A stretch of DNA of 10,943 bases, from assembly GCF_006345805.1 (NCBI RefSeq), contig NW_021827246.1:1-10943 (forward strand), in the 5' to 3' direction. Source of the DNA: Octopus sinensis (lineage: Eukaryota). Under the pieces are notes generated by a model. It was not told where the DNA came from. It was given only the letters and a program-made list of their open reading frames with translations, and searched no databases. Each line of letters opens with the position of its first letter. The stretch's first letter is position 1. Positions 9,101 to 10,943 of this stretch are shown in pieces. Both the position numbers and the translations under genes were made by a program.

Positions 9101-9785
9101 TGAAATCTCCCAGGAGAATGATCTTGTCGTCCTTTGGGACGGTAGAGAGAATGCTATCAAGCTGGCTGTAAAACTCTTCCTTGACTAAATCCTCCACGTG
9201 AAGGGTGGGAGCATACGCGCTGATGATAGTTGCGTGCTGACTTTTGACAAGCTGGATTCGGAGGGTCATGAGTCGTGCGGACATTCCGATTGGCTGCTCT
9301 GTCAGTTTGGATAGGATGGTGTTTCGTATTGCAAAACCCACACCATGGATCCGTTGATGGTCGGGATCGTAACCTTTCCAGAAAAAGGTGTATTGACCGC
9401 CTTCTTCTCTCAGCCGGCCTTCTCCGGCTCTCCGGGTTTCCCTGAGAGCTACGATGTCAAAATTGAATCGATGGAGTTCCCGGGCGATGATTACAGTTCG
9501 CCTTTCAGGTCTGTCTGAGTTGGTGTTATCTATGAGAGTCCTGACATTCCAGGTCCCGAATTTCAGCGTTGCGTATCTTGATCTTGATTTTCGACCGCAT
9601 GATGGTGATCCCTCTGGACGCGGTTTTCCAGACAGGATTGGGGTGAAGCAGACTATGTTTAGGGCACCTTTTCTATCCCCTTCCCAATTCAGGGTGAGCA
9701 GAGTGGATCCTAAACAGGGCTGCTCAGTCGTGGATACTGCTGCCGAACATCTTCCCTGCTTCTTCCGATAGATAGAGCAACTGAA
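6156..9785 (-). pseudogene. RTE APE-endonuclease / reverse transcriptase ORF, disrupted
   Basis: The frame is open from just after TGA 9788-9786. Lesions: +1 frameshift near 8800, TGG>TGA stop at 8395-8393, +1 frameshift near 7921, D>N at the first RT catalytic Asp (FINLSKAFD), solo LTR at 6732-7279, and an internal deletion near 6355 that shifts frame. Native stop TAA 6158-6156. Confidence 0.9.
6732..7279 (-). mobile_element. Solo LTR, 548 bp (Gypsy-like by its 4-bp TSD)
   Basis: Termini TGTA...TACA, flanked by GAGG (6728-6731 and 7280-7283). Removing it plus one TSD restores the RT frame D-H-L-Q-Q. On minus: TATAAATA (7030-7023) then AATAAA (6796-6791), in U3-R-U5 order. Confidence 0.85.
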
Positions 9786-9913
9786 TCATGTAACCACCGC
9801 ATCCGTGCCGGTTCTGCACTAGGAGCCTCCAGCCTTCACGAGCCTGCTCCCGTCATCCATCACCGATCGCCGAAAGACTTGGAAAGAATAAGAAGAGTGG
9901 TGGCGAGTAAAAG

Positions 9914-9983
9914 ACACAGTTAGACTGAATCTGCAACCATGTGGTTGGTAAGCAAGCTACTTACCACATAGCCACTCCTGCCT
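9914..9983 (-). mobile_element. tRNA-derived SINE head fused to the LINE 5' end
   Basis: The minus strand AGGCAGGAGTGGCTATGTGGTAAGTAGCTTGCTTACCAACCACATGGTTGCAGATTCAGTCTAACTGTGT matches 926-992. Homology stops just after the B box and the LINE leader follows. Confidence 0.85.
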
Positions 9984-9986
9984 CTA

Positions 9987-10049
<63 letters not shown>

Positions 10050-10052
10050 ATA
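9984..10052. repeat. (CT)n(TA)n microsatellite
   Basis: Directly visible. Confidence 0.95.
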
Positions 10053-10318
10053 TAATTCAACAATATAAGGAATGGCCATAATAGGATATTCGACTCACTA
10101 GAAAGAGCAGCCAAACTCAAACCGCTAATAGTTGTAATTCTGAAATTGAAAGAGAAAAATAAAAACGTTTATCCTTTCATCTCTGGATTATGCATAGTTT
10201 CGGCAAACTTTTGGTAAACAAATTAATTAAATTAAATTTATTTACAACTGGCGTGCCTCGTCAGCAGAGAAGCCAAGGACGAGTATATATCCACGAGGCG
10301 ATGGTAAGGAACCTCAGT

Positions 10319-10378
10319 CATATATATATATATATATAATATATAATATATAATATATATATATATATATATATGTGT
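10319..10378. repeat. (TA)n microsatellite, interrupted
   Basis: Directly visible. Confidence 0.9.
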
Positions 10379-10424
10379 GCATAGCTCTCTTACATATATA
10401 TACATTTATGCATGAGAAAACATA

Positions 10425-10637
10425 TCAAGTTAAGTGAAATCATGGTTGTGACCAGTGCAAGTGATGTGTAGTAGGCATCCAGTACACTCTGTGGTCTGGT
10501 TGGCATTAAGAAGAACAACCAGCTGTAGAAACCAAGCCAAAACAGACAGGAGCCTGGTGCAGGTCTCCAGCTTACGAATTTCTGTCAGACCATCTAACCC
10601 ATGCCAGCATAGAAAGTAAACGTTAAGTGATGATGAT
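10425..10637 (+). mobile_element. Diverged SINE/retroposon 3' portion with (GAT)n tail
   Basis: CATCCAGTACACTCTG..GGTTGGCATTAAGAAGAACAACCAGCTGTAGAAACC..AACCCATGCCAGCATAGAAAGTAAACGTTAAGTGATGATGAT resembles a common octopus retroposon tail. Recognised from memory, not searched. Confidence 0.55.
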
Positions 10638-10796
10638 TATGTTGGTTTATGTATAATGGCCTCACTGACCAAATTAACAGTGCCATTTGCTTGCAGTCCA
10701 CTGCAAATACATATCCTGTATGTATTGGTTTGAATTCAGAGGATCTGTCAAAGCATGCTTTGTTGGATTTGTAAATGTCAATGGCAATAAATGGCA

Positions 10797-10943
10797 CCAT
10801 TGTGGCTGCATAGTAAAAAGATTGCTTTCCAACCACAAAGTTCCAGGTCCCATTTCACTGTGTAGCACCTTGGGCAAGTGTTTTCTATGGCCTTAGGCCA
10901 ACCAAAGCCTTGTGAGTGGATTTGGTAGATGGAAACTGGAAAA
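10797..10943 (+). mobile_element. Diverged tRNA-derived SINE head, running off the window
   Basis: TGTGGCTGCATAGTAAAAAGATTGCTTTCCAACCACAAAGTTCCAGGTCC..GCACCTTGGGCAAGTG..CCAAAGCCTTGTGAGTGGATTTGGTAGATGGAAACTG aligns to 929-1070. Confidence 0.85.

Larger units (their letters stand above)
6104..9913 (-). mobile_element. RTE-clade (BovB-like) LINE, near full length, inactivated
   Basis: 5' leader, APE endonuclease (LKFGTWNVRTL, DIVALRETR, ISAYAPT, LGDFNARVG, WHLIDYI, TDH), RT (NYRGISLL, FINLSKAFD, GVKQGCVIAP, YADD, YLGS), C-terminal C2H2 finger, about 40-nt 3' UTR and (CAT)4 tail (ATG x4 at 6104-6115 on plus). Single-ORF APE-RT layout with a short tandem-repeat tail is typical of RTE. Confidence 0.92.

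Noticed and set aside
6174-9771. Plus-strand ORFs over the LINE (e.g. 7311-7697, 7994-8362, 9454-9771)
   Set aside because: Antisense shadows of the minus-strand RTE ORF with no recognisable motifs.
10066-10320. Possible additional repeat (CACTAGAAAGAGCAGCCAAA motif)
   Set aside because: It looks familiar as an invertebrate SINE core, but there is no second copy, boundary or TSD in the window to support a call.
10620-10637. (GAT)n tail as evidence that this SINE is mobilised by the adjacent RTE
   Set aside because: The LINE's sense-strand tail is (CAT)n, the complementary class, and the 3' ends show no visible similarity.

Overview
Repeat-saturated, AT-rich non-coding animal DNA with no intact host gene. 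It is most likely octopus or another coleoid cephalopod; I infer this from recognising the tRNA-headed SINE family, not from a search. From left to right: a decayed DD37D (maT-type) Tc1/mariner transposase (1-925) cut off by a near-complete tRNA-derived SINE (926-1326); an older SINE head; a second SINE split by a 522-bp TA-flanked MITE (1948-2469); about 1.6 kb of TA/TG/CATA microsatellite; a cluster of four 3' fragments, in both orientations, of a restriction-like-endonuclease (RLE, R4/Dong/NeSL-type) non-LTR retrotransposon (4197-5750); and a near-full-length but inactivated RTE/BovB-like LINE on the minus strand (6104-9913). The LINE carries a 548-bp solo LTR (TG...CA, 4-bp TSD), an internal deletion and a C-terminal C2H2 finger, and is capped at its 5' end by a SINE tRNA head. 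More SINE relics follow to the window end. Most ORFs in the supplied track are microsatellite or antisense artefacts. I found no evidence of a new multi-gene system. The points worth following up are retroelement architecture: the SINE-LINE fusion, the CATA-associated RLE element, the inverted repeat, and the nesting of elements.
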